In this document: one piece after another, positions 47,271 through 62,415 of the stretch
How positions within the stretch are numbered: the first letter of the stretch is position 1
Layout of the letters: every line of letters begins with the position of its first letter
Assembly (NCBI RefSeq): GCF_009914755.1
Contig: NC_060925.1
Reading direction: 5' to 3' (one strand)
Length of the DNA stretch: 64,000 nucleotides
Origin: the human T2T-CHM13v2.0 reference genome, Homo sapiens
Translations under genes and position numbers: made by a program
Notes under the pieces: model-generated
Databases searched by the model: none
Told to the model about the DNA's origin: nothing
Seen by the model: only the letters and a program-made list of their open reading frames with translations

Positions 47271-49523
47271 TGATGTGGTTTGGCTCCATGTCCCCACCAA
47301 AATCTCATCTTGAATTATACTCCCATAATTCCCACATCTTATGGGAGGGACTCAGTGGGAGATAATTAAATCATGGGTGCTGTTTTCCCCATACTATTCT
47401 CATGGTAGTGAATAAGTCTCACGAGATCTGATGGTTTGATAAGGGGTTTTGACTTTCACTTCTCTTTCATTCTTTCTTGGCACTGCCATGTGAGAAGTGC
47501 CTTTCGCTTTCTGCCATGATTGTGAGGCCTCCCCAGCCACGTGGAACTGTGAGTCCATTAAACCTATTTTTCTTCCAAGTCTTGGGCATGTCTTTATCAG
47601 CAGCATGAAAACGGACTAATACAGTAAGTTGGTACCAAAAGTGGGGTATTGCTGAAAAGATAACCAAAAATGTGGAAGCAGCTTTGGAACTAGGTAACAG
47701 GCAGAGGTTGGAACAGTTTGGAGGGCTCAGAAGAAGAAAGGAAAATGTGAGAAAGTTTGGAACTCCCTAGAGACTTGTTGAATGGCTTTGACCAAAATGC
47801 TGATAATGATATAGAAAATGAAATTCAGGATGAAGTGGTCTCAGATAGAGATGAGGAACTTGTTGGGAACTAGAGCAAAGGTGATTCTTGTTATGTTTTA
47901 GCAAAAAGACTGGCAGCATTTTGCCCCTGACCTAGAGATTTGCGGAACTTTGAACTTGAGAGAGACTATTTAGGGTTTCTGGTGGAAGAAATTTCTAAGC
48001 AGCAAAGCATTCAAGAAGTTACTTGGGTGTGTTAAAGGCATTCAATTTTAAAAGGGAAACAGAGTATCAAAGTTCAGAAAATGTGCAGCCTGACAATGCA
48101 GTAGAAAAGAAAAACCCATTCTCTGCAGAGAAATTCGAGCTGGCTGCAGAAATTTGGATAAGTAAGGCGGAGCCAAATGGGAAAAAGTCTCCAGGACATG
48201 TCGGAGATCTTCATGGCAACCCCTCTCATCACAGGCCCAGAGGCCTAGCAGAAAAAAATGGTTTCATGGGCCAGGCCCAGGGCCCCTCTGCTGTGTTCAG
48301 CCTAGGGACTTGTTGCCCTGCATCTCAGCTGCTCTAGCCATGGCTAAAAGGAGCCAAGGTACATCTTGGGCCATGGCCTCAGAGGCTGTAAGCCCCAGGC
48401 CTTGGCAACTTCCACCTGGTATTGAGCCTGCAGGTGCACAGAAGTCAAGAATTGAGGTTTGGGTACCTCTGCCTAGATTTCAGAGGCTGTATGGAGATGC
48501 TTGGATACCCAGGCAGAAGTTTGCTTCAGGAGTGGAGCCCTCATGGAGAACCTCTGCTACAGTAGTGGAGAAGAAAAATGTGTGGTCAGAGCCCCCATAC
48601 AGAGGCCCTACTGGGGCCTAGTGGAGCTGTGAGAAGAGGGCCACTGTCCTCCAGACCCCGGAATGGTGGATCCACCGATACCTTGCATGGTGCACCTGGA
48701 AAAGCCACAGACACCTAATGTCAGTCTGTGAAAGCAGCTGGGAGGGAGGCTGTACCCTGCAAAGCCACAGGGGTGGAGCTGCCCAATACCATGGGAACTC
48801 ATCTTTTGCATAGCATTACCTGGATATGAGACATGAAATCAAAGGAGATCATTTTGGAGCTTTAAGACTTGGCTACCCTGCTGGATTTCAGACTTGCATG
48901 GGGCCTGTAGCTCCTTTGTTTTGGCCATTTTTTTCCCATTTGGAATGACATTTACCCAATGCCTTTACTCCCATTGTATCTAGGAAGTAACTAACTTGCT
49001 TTTGATTTTATAGGCTTATAGGCAGAAAGGACTTGCCTTCTCTCAGATGAGACTTGAGCTGTGGACTTCTGAGTTAATGCTGAAATGAGTTAAGACTTTA
49101 GGGGACTGTTGGGAGGTATAGTTGGTTTTGAAATGTGAGTACGTGAGATTTGGCAGGTGCCGGGGGGAAATGATATGGTTTGGCTCCGTGTCCCCACCCA
49201 AGTCTCATTTTGATTGTACTCCCATAATCCCCCTCATGTTGTGGGAGGGACCCAGTGGGACATAATTGAATTACAGGTGTAGTTTTCCCCATACTGTTCT
49301 CATGGTAGTGAATAAGTCTCACAAGTTCTGATGGTTTGATAAGGGGTTTCTGCTTTCGCTTCTCTCTCATTCTCTCTTGGCACCACCATGTAAGAAGTGC
49401 CTTTTGCCTTCTGCCATGATTGTGAGGCCTCCCCAGCCTCATGGAACTGTGAGTCCATTAAACCTATTTTTATTCCTAGTATAAGGTATGTCTTTTTCAG
49501 CAGCATGAATATGGACTAATACA
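47271..49523 (+). mobile_element. THE1 (A/B-like) MaLR provirus (LTR 47271-47623, internal 47624-49170, LTR 49171-49523)
   Basis: Two 353-bp homologous LTRs with TG...CA ends; internal start 'gtaagttggtacc'; decayed TSD CTGGG/TTGGT. Confidence 0.93.
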
Positions 49524-49719
49524 TTGGTCAAGTGTATTCTCTTGGTCTAATAATGACCTACAGACAACTTTAAAAATACTGGGCTAAATAGACCCTCAAG
49601 ACATTTACTTTATAACTTTTTGAAGCCAGAAAGATGGAAGGAGGCCAGATGGAGCTTAGAATAGAATAGAATGTTTATACATACAGCACAGAAATCTTTT
49701 ATTTGATGACTGAGTGACT

Positions 49720-49930
49720 TCTGCCTGCTAGGTACTTTGTTAGCTATATTTATGCTGTATCTTGGCCTTGAATGTTGTAATAACAGCAAGAGGGAATAGG
49801 TACTATTATTATTCTCATTTCATAACTGAGGAAACTATAGACTAGAGATATAAACTAACTTGCTTATTTGTCCAGTAAATAGGGAGATGGGATTCAAATA
49901 CTGATCTTTTTGCTTTTAGAATCAAATTGC
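49720..49930 (-). mobile_element. MIR SINE
   Basis: 'aggtactattattattctcatttcataactgaggaaact...gggattcaaa'. Confidence 0.7.
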
Positions 49931-52269
49931 ATGGTTATACTATATTTCTATCATGGCAGAGGTCCCTGGTACAGGAAGATGATTTGATAAACACTTGTTG
50001 AATGAAAAAGCCAGTATGCAGAGGTTTATGAGAAGGAAGCAGTTGCTCACTTAATAATTTTTAAATGCTTTCCCCAAATGAACCTAAGATTAGAAAACAA
50101 AGACAAGAATGAAAGGCTCTGAGACATGTAAAACATCTTTGACAATCATTCTGTAATGTCTACATCAAGTTCCAGCCCTGCCACATCAAAAAACCTTCCA
50201 GATACCAGTCTCACAAGAACATGATCCTAGAAGATTCTGGTGTTCATGGCTTCTGCCCACAGTGCAGGTATATACTTTCAGACCCTCACATAACCACAGC
50301 TAACCCTTTGGGACAACAAACCGAAGAAAGGAATAGCACCTACAATATTAAGAAAAAAGTACTGTGGGATTATTAACTTTCAAGGTTCAGTTGCTGTTCA
50401 GAAGCCTTTCTCCATCATCACCATTAATGGATGTGATCCACAGAGGAGCTGGTGCAGGATGAAGAAGGCTGTCCTCCCTGGAAACGATAAAATTAGCCAC
50501 AGGGCTCAGATTGCTTAATCAACCATCTGGAGTTTGTGCAGACTAACTTTCTCTTTTTCAAAAATGTTTCTTTACTTTGCCAGACTAATTAGCTTGGTAC
50601 TTTGAGTGAACTTAACCAGGAGATACCAATGACACAGCTTTCAGTGCTGAGCCTCAGTAGAGAGTCAGGAAGATCTCATTTTGGGGAGACTGCCAAAAAA
50701 GGAAGAGCTCTAAATGTAAGCACTGGACTTGGGAAACACACAAACAAAACAAAGAACACAGTCTCTACCTTGCACCCGTGTGCTCCTTTTAGAGCTTAGT
50801 TCTTATTTTTGAAAAAGCAGATTTCTGACACCACCTCTATTATGGACAAGCAATCTTTCCCTTTTTTCACATTCACCTTTGGGAAGTCTGTTCATGTGCC
50901 ATTCTGATCAGCTGGTAATCTGACTTTTTCCTGTTTCCTGTGCAGCCACAGAGAAGGGCTAGATTTGTGGAGAAACAGAGTACTAGAGAAGTAGCCAGGG
51001 TGATTTAAATTTGTATGATTTTCAATATCCCGGGAGCAGGATGGTCCCTGCTGTGAATCTGGCAGCCAGCTTTCTTTTTTTTTTTTTTTTTTTTTTTTAA
51101 CCAAACCATCTGGCAGCCTCAGAGCCCAGTTCTTTGGTAATAATTGTGCTACTTACTCCATCTGTACTTATAACTAGTTGTCTTTGCAAATTAAGCCAGC
51201 CCCATCTGTTCCCCTACCTTATAAATGAGTACAAAGGCTCCACACCCCTCCTGGAATATGTGGACAACATGAAGCATGGAATGGAACACCATGGTAGTGG
51301 GGAGAGAGCAGGGTTTCCTTTCCTACTGCAAGGCTGAAAACAGAAGGGCTGCCTCCTGAGGGCTCAGCATTTTCTGTCCTGGGTTTGCAAGGGAGCATGA
51401 ATCTACAGTGGGTGCTCTGTTCTGTTTGCATCCAGGTTGCTAGACTTTAGAAAAAGCAAAGTTACTCCAAGTGACTGGCTGTGAGTAGGGTCAGTTAAGA
51501 GCCAAAGTAGAGATGAATGCTAATGCAGCGACCATTCTGTTTTCTGTAAATGCTGTGGGATTGAAAGGAGAGAAGTTAAGAGAGAAGGCCAATGGGACCT
51601 CATTAAGTTGTTCTGATTGTCTTGCTGCTATTTCTCTCTGAACCTGTGGAACAAAAGCCTAAATTTGTTTCTCAACGGAGACCTATAAGAGTAAAAGTTA
51701 CTATAGTTTTCTAGAGTGACTAACAGAGAACAGTTTACACATTCTGAGAATCAAGCTCAATATTTGTCATCTTTCTGCTACCAAAGTTTGCACGTTGGTG
51801 ACTCCCCAGGAAGGCTTCCCCTGTGCTCCAAGGAGGGTATGAGAATTGGTCAAAATCTCCCCTGTATTAAAGGTTAATTAAAAACCAAACAAACAAAAAT
51901 TAACAGCATGATTTCCCCTCTTCCACAAAAATAAAATGAACATATGCCAATGATTTTATTTAACTGATTAATTAGTGAGGAAACCAGTAAGATGTTACAA
52001 CTGGTTCAAAGGAGACTCCAGAGTAGAAATATTTATAGGCAATAGAATGCTTAAATGAATTTGCTTAATAAATACAAAACTGGTTTCTTCTGCCAGGAGA
52101 GAAGAAAAATAAATGCACCTATACCAGTCAAAATCCATTTGGGTATTTATTGATAAGTATTATTTGCATTGTTACTGGTTATGTATGATTTTCAGAGTTG
52201 TAAGATAGCTCAAAGTCAATGAAAGACAAAGAGATCTCATAAAATAAGGTAATGAGAAGGGTTTGGGGC

Positions 52270-52680
52270 CTATAGAGTAAAACCCCTGGGTTTGGGTTCC
52301 TATTGTATCACCTATTTGCCTTTTGTTTTTCTACATTAAATTTAATAATTTATATAACTTCTCTCTAAGCCTCTAACTCCTTATCCATAAAATGGGGTTT
52401 AAGTGACAAGCTCTACCTCGCAAGGATGTTGCAATAATCATTTACAAGTATAGATTTTTATAAAGTAGAGTTTAGGAAGTGCTTTCCTACATAAATGTTA
52501 TCAGTAATAGTAACTAATATTTAACTGAGTTCTTATTATGTACCCAACATTATGTCAAGCACATGGATGACCTCATTTAACTTTCACTTTGCCTCCATGC
52601 AATTCTTACTATTATTTGACAAAATTAAAGCTTAAAGAGGTGACTTGCTATTTAATGTCATAGAGTGTCAAAGTATGTAA
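52270..52680. mobile_element. Two MIR fragments tail-to-tail (+ 52270-52510, - 52505-52680)
   Basis: 'tccttatccataaaatgggg...ataaatgttat' then 'aactaatatttaactgagttcttattatgtaccc...cctcatttaac'. Confidence 0.6.
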
Positions 52681-53409
52681 TTGTACTACCTATAGCAGGA
52701 CTATGTATGTAGGAAAGAACTTTAGGTGAGAGGGTTTCACTTTCTCTTGAAATGCAAATAGTTGCTTAGGGATTTGAGATATCTGCCCATTATGGGGGTC
52801 TAGTGAAAGGAAGGTATCTTTGCTGAAGGAGTGAGTAGAGAAAGCTGACCTTGGAAATTGCACTTTAGATTTATTACTCAGGCCTAGGAAGACAGTCTCC
52901 ACATGGTGGTGTCTACAATTCAGTCCTGGCCTACCTCCTCTTCTCATTTTAGACAATGGGCTCTAAACAGAAAATGGAGAAGTCTGACATATTTTGCTTG
53001 AAGAATGCCATCGACGAAAAATCTTGAATGAATTTTCCCTGTTCTTCACTTTTTATCCTAGAGTTTCCTGAGAGTTGGAGACTGTTTCTACCCTTCCACT
53101 TGAGAAACTCAAAACTTTATGTCATTTTAACAGGGCTATTTTATAAGATTAATGATGTCATTGGTGTTTATACTGAAGGCATTAATTTGATTGTGCTAAT
53201 ATTAACAATCTGTTTTTTTGTACTTTGATAAATATGGCTTTGTTTAAAATTTTTTTGTTCACAGATGAAATCATATAAAAATGTTGAGGAAAAAATTTAA
53301 CCCAACTGTTAAAATTTATTTTTGAAAATAAAAAACAAAATAAAAATATCAAAATGTTTAGCAAAACTCAATGAATTTAATTTTCACTGACATGTTTATT
53401 TCTTAATGA

Positions 53410-53731
<322 letters not shown>

Positions 53732-54480
53732 TACAAATACTTTTACAGTGGAAACGAAGTTTTCTTAAAGAAAAATAAGAGTGATTAGATTTGGCTAAGA
53801 AAAAGTACAACCCTTTCTTTATAATAATTTTTCCCAGGGTTATTATGTGTGTTCCTCCAGATGCCAGTTAATTTTATAGAGTTCCTTTTTGTCTGTCAGT
53901 TGGGATTGAATGATGGACTTTTAGAACTGGAGAGCCAACCTCCTCTTATCCTCCATCACCTTTATAGACAGGTAACTGAAGCTTAGGTTATTTTATGAGC
54001 AACATTATTGAAACGATAAATATGGTTTAATTGAGTAGGCTCTGTAAATCCTCCATCATCGTCATGACATATCTATCAACAAAATGATTTATGCATTTTT
54101 GAAGCTAGAAATTTCCCTTTATTACTCTGGAAAGGAAAAACATCGACATTTACTAATTCTAAGTTATTTGATTTTAACTGTCTGATTTTTTAAAAAATGT
54201 TGATTACCCAGTTTAGGCTTGTTAATTGTATTATTATCAGTCCTTTCCTCCACTTTTCTGTAAATGTGATTTTGAAAATGTATAGAATAGCACCACAGTG
54301 CAATTCTTTAGGAACATTTTAAGCACCCTAGAGATTTTTCAAAGAATCATCCATTTCCACCAAAATATGTCTGGCCTAAAGAAATGCATGCTTCAGGAAT
54401 ATTTCCACATTCTAGCTTGTGGCTAGTGGACTGAAGCTAGGTCAGCCCAGCAACAGTTTAGAAAAAAATGTATGGCTAAG

Positions 54481-54800
54481 GCCAGGCGCAGTGGCTCACG
54501 CCTGTAATCCCAGCAATTTGGGAGGCCGAGGAGGGTGGATCACCTGAGGTTGGGAGTTCGAGACCAGCCTGACCAACATGGAGAAACCCCGTCTCTACTA
54601 AAAATTACAAAATTAGCCAGGCGTGGTGGCACGTGCCTGTAATCCCACCTACTCGGGAGGCTGAGGCAGGAGAATTGTTTGAACCTGGGAGGCAGAGGTA
54701 GCGGTGAGCCGAGAGATTGCGCCATTGCACTCCAGCCTGGGCAACAAGAGTGAAACACTATCTCAAAATAAATAAATAAACAAATAAAAAGAAAAAGAAG
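54481..54800 (+). mobile_element. AluSp SINE
   Basis: Sp diagnostics 'gggagttcgagaccagcctgaccaacatggagaaac'; TSD AAATGTATGGCTA(A/T)G. Confidence 0.94.
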
Positions 54801-55449
54801 AAATGTATGGCTATGAGGAAGCAGCTATCTTTTAGGCTAAATTCAAAAGTATTTCTTTCTAAATTAGTACTTTCAGTGGCACTTACATGGAGAGACGTTA
54901 GGGAAAAAATCCTTCAGCTACTTTTAAAATCCTGGGTCAAGTGGAAAAGACCATCATTCTTCCCTAAACTGTAGCGCTGCTGCTGTTGTTGAAACTGAGT
55001 GATGAATTCCTGCAAGGAGAATCATTTGGCTATTTCCAATCTATTTCCACACATGTAAAAGTTTTTCTGGAAAGTCTTGGAAGTGAACTACAATCATTTA
55101 CAGAAAGAATGGCTCCTGAATCTGAATATCAGTGTGTAGGCACCTGGGTAGAAACTCACATCAGGAGCTGAGGAACCATTTATCACATCAGGATTCTCTC
55201 TGAACCCTCACAAGGCGTTCTGCATGAGTTTCTATAAATCTTTCATCATGGCCATGAATTCTTTATCAGCTCTAGATTTTTCTCTCTTGCCATGCACAGC
55301 TTTTTCTTCACCTTTTCCTCTCTAACAGATTGATCATGTCTCCTTAGTATATTTTTTCTTTCGTTTGCCTTTTGCTAATGCTGTCTGTCTTTTAGGTTAT
55401 TGCAGCAAATGGACTAGGAACTGCAGCATCATTTGTTTTTTTGTGGTCC

Positions 55450-55810
55450 AGTGAGCTAAGAACACTGGATTTCAAGTCAAGTGAGCAGGGTATTAATCTG
55501 TTCTCTTCTCACAAGCTGTGTGACCTTTGATAAGTTATTTGAAATCTGTCTCTATACTTTCCTGATCTACAAAGTGGAGCCAAACAAGCTTACCTCACGA
55601 GGACTTGACTGATGATGACAGCCATGCTCCAGTGAGTGCCAGCTTATGTCAGACACCATGTAAAGTGCTTTACCCAGATTTTTCCATCTTCAAAACAGCT
55701 CTCCAGGGTAGGCTATTATATCACCATTTTATGTATTAGGAAACTGAGACCCATAAAAGTTTCTCTAGCTATTGAAGTCAGACAGGCTTTGAACCCAGAT
55801 GTCTGTGGCC
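55450..55810. mobile_element. Two MIR fragments tail-to-tail (+ 55450-55605, - 55610-55810)
   Basis: 'gctgtgtgacctttgataagttattt' then 'ccattttatgtattaggaaactgagac...tttgaacccagatgtctg'. Confidence 0.65.
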
Positions 55811-56027
55811 ACAAAGGGATGGTCTCTTGGAATATGACAGTGCTTCCCAGTAGGTTTCAAATATTGCCTGTAATCTACCTCTCTAGTTGATGACAATGTA
55901 AACCATTTATGAATTTCCTTCACCTATTGGACTCTGTCTTTTGGACCACCTATTTCTCTTTACAGCTCTAGCTTTAAAGCCAAGTTGCCAAGTTATCCTA
56001 TCATTTGGTCCAGGCTTTTCATACCTT

Positions 56028-56275
56028 CCATGGTAGTAGTTAAGAGCATAGACTTTAGAACTAGAATGCCCAGGTTCAGATTCCAACTTCCCAACTCATA
56101 GCTGTGTGGCCTTGAGCAAGTTACTTAACTTCAGTATGTCTCAGTTTCCTCATCTGTTAGATGGAGATAAAGTACCCATGTGAAGGTTGTCGGGAAAATT
56201 AAGTGAGTTGTTTTAATCAAAGCACTTTGATCACAGCTTGGAACATGGTAAGAGCTATATCAGTGTTGGTTATAT
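56028..56275 (+). mobile_element. MIR SINE, near full length and well preserved
   Basis: 'tagctgtgtggccttgagcaagttacttaacttcagtatgtctcagtttcctcatctgt'. Confidence 0.88.
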
Positions 56276-57068
56276 AGTAGTCTGGGTTGTGAGGCCTCAG
56301 CATGATGTTCTCTCTCTAAACTCATTCGATGTATGATATTTAATTATGGTTTTCTTTCCTAACCTTCAGTTGCTACCTTTAAAATTTTTATTTTTGTGGT
56401 TTCAGGTACAGTGTTAGTTACCTAGGCAGATGTGTAACAACTTGATACTTTCTTTCCTTAAATGCGCATCACACTGTAGCTTAGTCCAATGTTCCTTAGA
56501 TGCCTTTGGCAAAAGTGTTACAAGGTATATAAAAAAATTAAAAGATTCTTTTCATGTCATATACATTTGTGTGTCACATAAACTTTGGAATTGCAATAAA
56601 CTATAATATCTGCTTGGGATTTTATAATGAATATTAGCAAATTTACTTCCCTGAGAATTCCAATAGAAAATGAATGAGTTTAATTTTGTTTAAAATAGTG
56701 CTTCCCAAATTATTTTTCCAATTCACTCTCCTATTTATTAAGAAAATACCCACACAGTGTTGAAAATGCTTGTCTAGTGAGCTCTGACTTTTGCTAGTAA
56801 GAGAACGCCTGAAGAAAGTACTTAGGAAAACCTGTTTTAAATATTGGCCCTATAGGATTTCTATTTTTGTAGCAAACTAAATTATCAGAAGGCTAATTGT
56901 TAGCTTATCTTGATTCAGAGTACTGTAGAATCACCAACACCATGTTGCATTTTAAACTTATGAGCTCTATTTATGCTGAATATAGAGATAAGAAACAATA
57001 ATTTGAAATTCATTTGAGATATTATGGTCCATCATGTCGAGAACATTGCCTTTGTTGTGGACTAAAGT

Positions 57069-57450
57069 CACTATGGCTTGAATATGTCCCCCAAAGTTTA
57101 GGTATTGGAAATTTAATCCCCCATGCAACACTGCTGGAACCTTTAAAAGGTACTAGGTCACAATGGCTCTGGTCTCATCAGTGGACTAATTATTGATAAT
57201 TATTTTGGGAGCAGGTTAGTTACCTTGGGGGTGGATTCTTGATTAAAAAAAGGGGGTAAGTTTAGCCCCTTTCTTTCTTGATCTCACATGAGTGCTCCCT
57301 TGCCCTTCCACTGTTCATCACAAGGAGGCTCTCACTAGCTGCGGCTTGGACTTCCCAGCCTCCAGAGCCATGAGTAAAGTACATTTTTCTTTTTGATAAA
57401 TTACTCACTTTCAGTTATTCCGTTATAGCAGCAGAAAATAGACTAAGACA
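57069..57450 (+). mobile_element. MSTC/MSTD-like MaLR solo LTR
   Basis: 'ctatggcttgaatatgtcccccaaag...cttggacttcccagcctccaga...gactaagaca'. Confidence 0.82.
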
Positions 57451-60082
57451 AATATCTTTTACATATAATCTTCTACACTGAATTTTGTTTTATATGCCAG
57501 TTGGGAATAATTTTGTTTCCCTTGAAGAACCAAGGAAAATAATAGTTTCCTCCTTTCTGATGAGAATCTTTTTACAGCAGATTCTAAGAAGCTCACAGAA
57601 ATAGTTGAAACCTCAGCAGGACAACTTTGTTGTTCTTAGATTCGACATTTTTATATTCATCTTTTCTCTGGTCCTAGTTTTCTATTTTTATGTAAATATT
57701 TGATGTCAGTTTCTTTTATGATAAGCCACTTCAAGATCTTTGTGGAAAGATGCATGCATATAATAAACATAAATATATTAAACAAGAACCACTTTAAAAG
57801 TGAAACACTTGCTATCAAAGCAAGCAATTGCAATGTAAGTTTCTGTGAGAGCTAAGTACAAACAAAGCAGCTCAGAAGAATTCAATGGTGTGAGTGGGGG
57901 AAAAATGGAAGATTCAGAGAGGATCTAACAGATGAGCTGCATGCTGAAGGATAAGACAAAGGGCTTCTTATGAAGAGAATAATATCTATACAGGCAGAGA
58001 AGCTGGAAAGTGTATCTGCAGTATATCTAGGGATTGGCTGGTATTGTGGCAGATCTGAAACACAGGGTTGTTGGGAGCAACGAAGCAGAACTATTGAGTA
58101 GTATTGAGTAAAGCTTTGTATTTTGTAGTTCCTTCTTATTTCCAGAGTGATTAGAAACATGTCCTCAGAGTCATGGTGACTCTTGGGTCCTTGAAGAGCT
58201 CTATCTCTTCTAACCTTTGGTGGTGCTATTTTGTCTGATACCTTTTTGATGAACTACCATGACAGTGGTTTGTAATCTCCAAGATAGGGATTAAATTTTC
58301 AAAAGAGGAATTAATAGGATGCATTGGAGAGATGTACATATTATAAAACAATGAGTCATAAGTGACCTGTGGCTGTATGAAATGTCCTGGGCAGAAATTA
58401 TATCTTTTGTGTTTATTTTCATCTGGTGCTGCTTTATCTGACTTTATACACTGTCTTACCACAACCCATCAAATAGATTTTGTTTATTAAAGGAAGTCAA
58501 TTGACTGCGCCATTCTGGCATATATTATCTATTTAATAACAAAGGAAGATAGAGTCTTCTCTTTTTGGTGACTGTTTCCTTTGCAAGCTGCTGCTTCTAT
58601 GTGTTTCATTAGATCACTGTCACCACAGTTATTAGCAGAGAACTCTTTTTTTCTGTTGCACATTGCAATGAAAAGACATCCTTGTAACTTTGCCAAAAGA
58701 TGACAGCTTCAGGATGGAGCCAGTTACAGCTGATTTTCTCCAGGTCTCTCTTTGTCTCTCTCCCATCAGACATAATATGATATTTGGGATCCCCTATCCT
58801 GCCACGCTCATACTCCCCACCCACATCTATTCTTAGTTTTTCTGCAAGGATATTTTCTGAATTATACCTGATAACTTCTCTGAATTATCAGTATTACTTT
58901 TTAAAATCATAGAATATACACATTTGTATCTATTTATGATAAAATATAATGAGTTTGATCCATAAGATTTTTGCTTGTACAGAATCAATTCATTGAGGAA
59001 AGTTAATCAATCCACACTGTCATGTGATATCATAGAGTTCAATAAGTCTTTCCTGCTTTGTCTGGAATTTTTATTTTTTTAATCCACTTTTAGTCCTGTG
59101 AAGATATGAGATATATTAAAAGACTCACTATACATCCTGAGAAGAGTATTGGTTTTATATTTTCAAAATTACTAGCCCTCTAGAGAAAATTCTCAGTGTC
59201 TTAAAGATACTGTGTCCTTTTCCATCTGACCTAAGACCCTCTACTAATACTCGAAGCTCCTGGCAGCTGGGATATTCCTCTCATTAATTATAAAAGAATA
59301 CCTAATCTATTAGGAAATCATTTCAAAAATATTATTTGCTTCCTACGTTTAGAAAAAATAAAAGTTTAGGGGTATTCCAAGTTTGCCCCCAGTTATTTTT
59401 GTCTTACTGAATTTTACTTATTTGTGGGTGATAATATTTAGTTATGTTCTTTCTTCCAAAGACATACACACATTTTATATGTTTGTGTGTATAGGAAAGT
59501 TTAATCAGAGGCAAGGAAACCAGATTCAAAGTACTTGGAATTTTACGAAAAAATTCTAAATGAAGATACAAATCCTGTGTTTCACAATGTACTCTACTGA
59601 TGAAATTTATTATATTCCCAGAATAGATATTTATGGTAGACAATAAGTAAAGACTGGTAATTTATGGGACTATAACTTGGCTTCTGATTAGTTATTTTTA
59701 TTCTCATTCTATGATTTTATCTGGGATATTTTTACTGTCATGTACCTCAAGTTCATTGAAGATTGGGGCTGCTGTCTCAGATTCTTTGGAATAGCTGACC
59801 TTTAACACGAACCTTTGCCATTTCAGCATCTTCTTATTGTACTAAGCTAGGCTTGTTGTTCCGAGATGGCAAGGCAGGAGGTTCTTGTTATATAGTAAGA
59901 AATTATGATGGTTAAATTAAAGTAGGTTTAAACATCATCATATCAATATTATCATTAAATGTGAATGGCTTAATATCCTGATTAAAAGGTAGAGATTGAC
60001 ATTTGGATAAACTAGAAAGACCTAATTATATCCTGTCAGCAAAACACTTTAAGCAGAAAGACAGAAAAAGATTAAAAGATGG

Positions 60083-60437
<355 letters not shown>

Positions 60438-62120
60438 CTAATACTAATCAAAAGAAAGCTTATGTAGCTCTATTAATATCAAAGTCAATTTGAAGGCAAA
60501 GTATATTACCAGGGATAAAAAGAAGATCATTTCTTAATAATAAAGGGATCAGTTTATCTAGAGGACATAACAATCCTAATGGTTAAAGCAACAATCCTAG
60601 ACACTCAAATACACAGAGCAAAACCTGATAGAACTGCAAAGAGAAGTAGACATATCAACAGTTATACTTGAATATTTCAATGCCCCTTTCTCAATAATTG
60701 ATAGAACAAGTAGACAAAAATCAGTAAAGGTGTCTAAAATCTGTACAACACTGTCAACCAATTTGAACTAATTGACATTTATAGAATGTTCCACCCAACA
60801 ACAGCAAAATAGATTGTTTTATCAAGTTAACATAGAATGTTTACCCACATAGACCATATTCTTGGCCATAAAGCAAGTCCATATAAATTTTAAAATTATT
60901 CAAGTCATAAAAACTATGTTCTCCGACCACAGTGAAATTAAACTAGAAATCAATAATGTGAAAACATCTGGAAAAACCCCAAATATTTGGAAACTAAATA
61001 ACACAATTCTAAATACCCCACGAACTAAAAAGTAATCAAAAGCGTAATTTAAAAATACCTTGAACTGAATGAAAATAAATTGTGGATGCCATCAAAGCTG
61101 AATTAAGAGGGAAATTTATAGCACAAAATGTCTATACTAGGAAAGAAAAAAGTACTCAAGTCAATGACCTTAGCTTCCACTTTAAAGAAATTATAAATGG
61201 AAGAGCAAATGGAATCCAACTAAGCAGATGAAATAATCAGCACAGAAAACGGTGAAATAGAAAACAAAAAATCAATAGAGAAATATCAGTGCAACCAAAA
61301 GCTAGTTACTTGATAAGATTAATAAGATTGATAATTCCCTACCCAGACTTACCAGGAAAAGAAGAGAGAAGACAAAAATTGCCAATATCATGAATGAGAG
61401 AGTTGATATCACTATATATTCTAGAAACATTAAAAGAATACTAAGGGAATGTTGCAAAAACTTTATGTCAATAAGTTAGAAAATGTAGGAAAAATGGGCA
61501 AATTCCATGAAAAACATAATCTATCAAAACTTAGGAAAAATAAATAACAAAACAGTCCAATCTCTATTAAAGAATTACATTTTTGATTAAAAATTTACTG
61601 ACAGAAAAACAGTGCACACAGATGGTTTCACTGGTAAATTCTATCAAACATTTACAGAAAAATAATATAAATGATACGTAAACTCTTTCAAAAAATAAAT
61701 AAGGAGGGAATAAATTCTATCTCATTCTTTGTAGCCAGTATTACTTTGATACTAAAACCAAAGACATAGCAACAATATATAACTCTAATGAATATAGATG
61801 CAAAATTCCTACCAAGATTTTAGCAAATATAATTCACAAATGTATCAAATGATAATATTTTATGACCAAGTAGAATTTCTCACCAAAATACATGATTGGT
61901 TTAACACTCAGAAATCAGTCATTGGAACTTGCTATGCTAAGAGACAGAAAGGGAAATCCTTAGTATCATCTCAATAGATCCAACAAAAGCACTTAAAAGA
62001 TTCAACACTTTTCACAGTGGAAATCCTCAGAATACTAGGTACAGAAAAGTACTACTTCAACCTGAAAAAGAAAATTTCTGAAAAACTTATAGCCAATATT
62101 ATGATGAAAGACTAAATTCT

Positions 62121-62415
62121 GCCTGAGCATGATGGCTCATGCCTGGAATCCCAGCATTTTGGGAGGTCAAGGTCACTGGATCACTTGAGCTCAGGAGTGT
62201 GAGACCAGCCTGGGCAACATGGCAAAACCCCATCTCTACTAAAAATCAGCCGGGCATAGTGATGTGTGCCTGTGGTGCCAGCTACTTGGGGGGCTGAGGT
62301 GGAATGATCACTTGAGCCCTGGAGGTCAAGGCTGCATTGAGCTGTGATTACGCCACTGCACTACAGCCTGGGTGACAAAGTGAGAACCTATCTCAATAAA
62401 CAAATAAATAAATAT
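62121..62415 (+). mobile_element. AluJ (Jb-like) SINE
   Basis: 'cttgagctcaggag', 'ggaggtcaaggctgca'; (TAAA)n tail. Confidence 0.88.

Noticed and set aside
51940-52150. Sequence reminiscent of an ERV1 internal fragment
   Set aside because: I could not assign a family or boundaries without a library search.
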